Assembly: GCA_964458295.1 (NCBI GenBank)
Contig: CAYWIG010000001.1
Span: 1-27,865, forward strand
DNA length: 27,865 bases
Direction: 5' to 3'
Source of the DNA: an uncultured Myxococcales bacterium
GTDB taxonomy: Bacteria; UBA10199; 2-02-FULL-44-16; JAAZCA01
Shown: positions 26,024 through 27,865 of the stretch, in pieces
Position numbering within the stretch: the first letter of the stretch is position 1
How the letters are laid out: each line of letters opens with the position of its first letter
Notes under the pieces: model-generated
What the model saw: only the letters and a program-made list of their open reading frames with translations
The model's database searches: none
What the model was told of the DNA's origin: nothing
Position numbers and translations under genes: made by a program

Positions 26024-26051
26024 ACCAGACATAATATATCTTATACGTCTT
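26024..26051 (-). other. Complete dif-like XerC/XerD site (minus strand AAGACGTATAA GATATA TTATGTCTGGT)
   Basis: 11-6-11 layout with ATAA-n6-TTAT core; 17/28 identical to E. coli dif by my alignment; marks the island's right end. Confidence 0.65.
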
Positions 26052-26144
26052 ACTGTACATATCTCGTTTTTCAAATATCCCAAAAAAGTCTAGAATTCTT
26101 CATTATTATCCACTATTAAGGTCCGACCAACTGGAGGCATATAG

Positions 26145-27865
26145 ATGAGTAAGGCAGCAGCGACCGTGATTGATCTAAAAAAGCCTGATAATACAGGTGA
26201 TTATGATACATCGGGGCTCTCAAAGGAGCTAGCGAAGACGATCTCCCTTTTCATGTCACACCAGCGTTCAGACGGATATTGGTGGTACACCCTTGAGGCC
26301 AACGAGACGATCGGTACCGAATTTATCCTCCTGATGCACTATCTGGGCATGGTCGATAGTGAGATGTTGGAAGGCATCAAGAATCGAATACTCGATGTCC
26401 AACGCTCCAACGGCACCTGGGCGATCTATCATGACGGTCCGCCGGAGCTTTCGACAACTATAGAATGCTACTGGGCCCTTAGAATCGCTGGCGTCCCACC
26501 GGATGCTGAGAATATGGTCAAGGCACGTCATTACATCCTCGAACATGGCGGAATCGAAAAGGCACGCGTATTTACGAAGATCCATCTTGCGATGTTCGGC
26601 ATAGTACCCTGGAGCGCATGTCCAAACATGCCTAGCTGGTTTATCCACTTCCCACGATGGTTTTCTTTTAACATCTACGAATTCTCTAGTTGGGCGCGGG
26701 CTACGATCGTACCGCTCCTGATCTTCATGTCGGTCAAGAAGACGAAGAAAGCTCCGAAGAATATAATGCTGGAGGAGCTATTCTGTCATCCACCGGATCA
26801 TAGGTTCTACACATATCCGGCGGATCATGATCTATTCTCCTGGGAGAGCTTCTTCATCTATTCAGATAAAGCTTTAAAGATTTTTGATAAAATACCTTTA
26901 AAGCCACTACGTAAACTCTCGATAAATAAGTGTGCAAAGTGGACTTGGGAACATGTCGCAAAGACTGAGGACATATATCCGGCACTCGCTTACTGTGCGC
27001 TCGCATTCAAGGCCATGGATTACAGCAATGAATCTCCGCAGATCAAGAAACCCTTCGAGGCCTTAAAGATGTTCCAACAGCGTTATGCGACTTTAGATGT
27101 CCCCGCCTGTCCGGATGAAATCAAGGATGACACAAAGACCGTTCCATCAAAACTTCGTGAGATCGGAATCGACCCGCTTGTAAAACGAAGCGATGGTCAC
27201 AGGATCCATCAACAGTGTTGTATATCTCCACTCTGGGACACGCCTTGGATGGTCATGTCGCTTTTGGAAGCGGGTGTTCCGAAAGATGATCCCGCCCTAC
27301 TCCGTGCTGGACGTTGGCTGATCGGGAAGCAGATAAGGGAGACGCGCGGTGACTGGTCTATTAAAAATAGAAAGGCGAAACCTGGCGGTTGGGCGTTTGA
27401 ATTTGAAAATGACTACTTTCCAGACGTAGATGATACGATTGAAATCCTAAGCGTCATCGATCGCCTGGATATTCCCGAAGATGAGAAGAAGGAAACGGTT
27501 AAGCTCGGTTTGGACTGGCTGCTTTCGATGCAGAATTACGATGGTGGCTGGGGCGCTTTCGATACGGATCAAAAGCAGGAGCTGGTCATTCGAATCCCAT
27601 TCTCCGATCACAAGGCGTGTATGGATCCGTCGACTCCGGATATAACTGGTAGAATGATTGAGTACCTTTCAACCCAGGGTTACGACCGAAATCATCCCGT
27701 AATCAAACGTGCACTGAATTTTATATGGCAAACACAAGAGAAGTTCGGCGGATGGTTCGGTAGATGGGGAGTGAATTACCTCTATGGGACATGGAATGTT
27801 CTCATGGGACTTGGCGCACTCGGCTTCGATCCATCCGATGATAGAATATCCAGGGCGCTTAACTG
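26145..27865 (+). CDS. shc: Squalene-hopene cyclase, 3' partial (absent from the ORF track, probably because there is no stop in the window)
   Basis: GGAGG then ATG 26145; translates to QRSDGYWWYTLEANE, GGWAFEFENDYFPDVDDT (DXDD motif), QNYDGGWGAFD, WFGRWGVNYLYGTW. Confidence 0.93.
   Translation, partial: MSKAAATVIDLKKPDNTGDYDTSGLSKELAKTISLFMSHQRSDGYWWYTLEANETIGTEFILLMHYLGMVDSEMLEGIKNRILDVQRSNGTWAIYHDGPPELSTTIECYWALRIAGVPPDAENMVKARHYILEHGGIEKARVFTKIHLAMFGIVPWSACPNMPSWFIHFPRWFSFNIYEFSSWARATIVPLLIFMSVKKTKKAPKNIMLEELFCHPPDHRFYTYPADHDLFSWESFFIYSDKALKIFDKIPLKPLRKLSINKCAKWTWEHVAKTEDIYPALAYCALAFKAMDYSNESPQIKKPFEALKMFQQRYATLDVPACPDEIKDDTKTVPSKLREIGIDPLVKRSDGHRIHQQCCISPLWDTPWMVMSLLEAGVPKDDPALLRAGRWLIGKQIRETRGDWSIKNRKAKPGGWAFEFENDYFPDVDDTIEILSVIDRLDIPEDEKKETVKLGLDWLLSMQNYDGGWGAFDTDQKQELVIRIPFSDHKACMDPSTPDITGRMIEYLSTQGYDRNHPVIKRALNFIWQTQEKFGGWFGRWGVNYLYGTWNVLMGLGALGFDPSDDRISRALN

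Larger units (their letters stand above)
14210..26035. mobile_element. DGR/toxin-antitoxin island, two tandem units, inserted between rpoH and shc; no recombinase encoded
   Basis: Accessory gene content only; bounded by and punctuated with ACCRGACATAAT repeats. Confidence 0.7.
20119..26035 (+). repeat. Tandem duplication, copy 2
   Basis: See copy 1. VRs, TR and all translations identical where I checked them. Confidence 0.97.

Noticed and set aside
14206-26051. Boundary repeats as a CRISPR array or integron attC sites
   Set aside because: Spacing is kilobases with genes in between; no RYYYAAC...GTTRRRY cores and no intI in the window.

Overview
Left part (1-14168): mostly housekeeping genes on the + strand. 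These are two M16 peptidases, argS, a SPOR-domain protein, lepA, lepB, pyrR-pyrB-pyrC behind an attenuator-like leader, a DUF1460 lipoprotein and rpoH, plus a reverse-strand NYN nuclease with a structured RNA leader. Right end: a 3'-truncated squalene-hopene cyclase (shc, 26145 onward) that the ORF track misses. Between rpoH and shc lies an ~11.8 kb island made of two apparently identical 5909-bp units. Each unit has two cassettes: [site - BrnT/BrnA TA - FGE/C-type-lectin target 1 with VR1 - avd stump] and [site - RelE/HigB-type TA - target 2 with VR2 - avd - reverse transcriptase - TR - terminator]. This is a complete diversity-generating retroelement (DGR): VR1 and VR2 differ from the 121-bp TR at 16 and 19 positions, all at TR adenines. 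The most unexpected observation is at the cassette boundaries. Every boundary carries the same 11-bp arm (ACCRGACATAA), and the right end is a full 11-6-11 dif-like site. Joining the two island flanks rebuilds an empty dif-like site. No recombinase is encoded in the island. I infer a TA-stabilised, Xer/dif-integrated array of DGR cassettes; this is inference and needs testing. The perfect duplication could be an assembly artefact.
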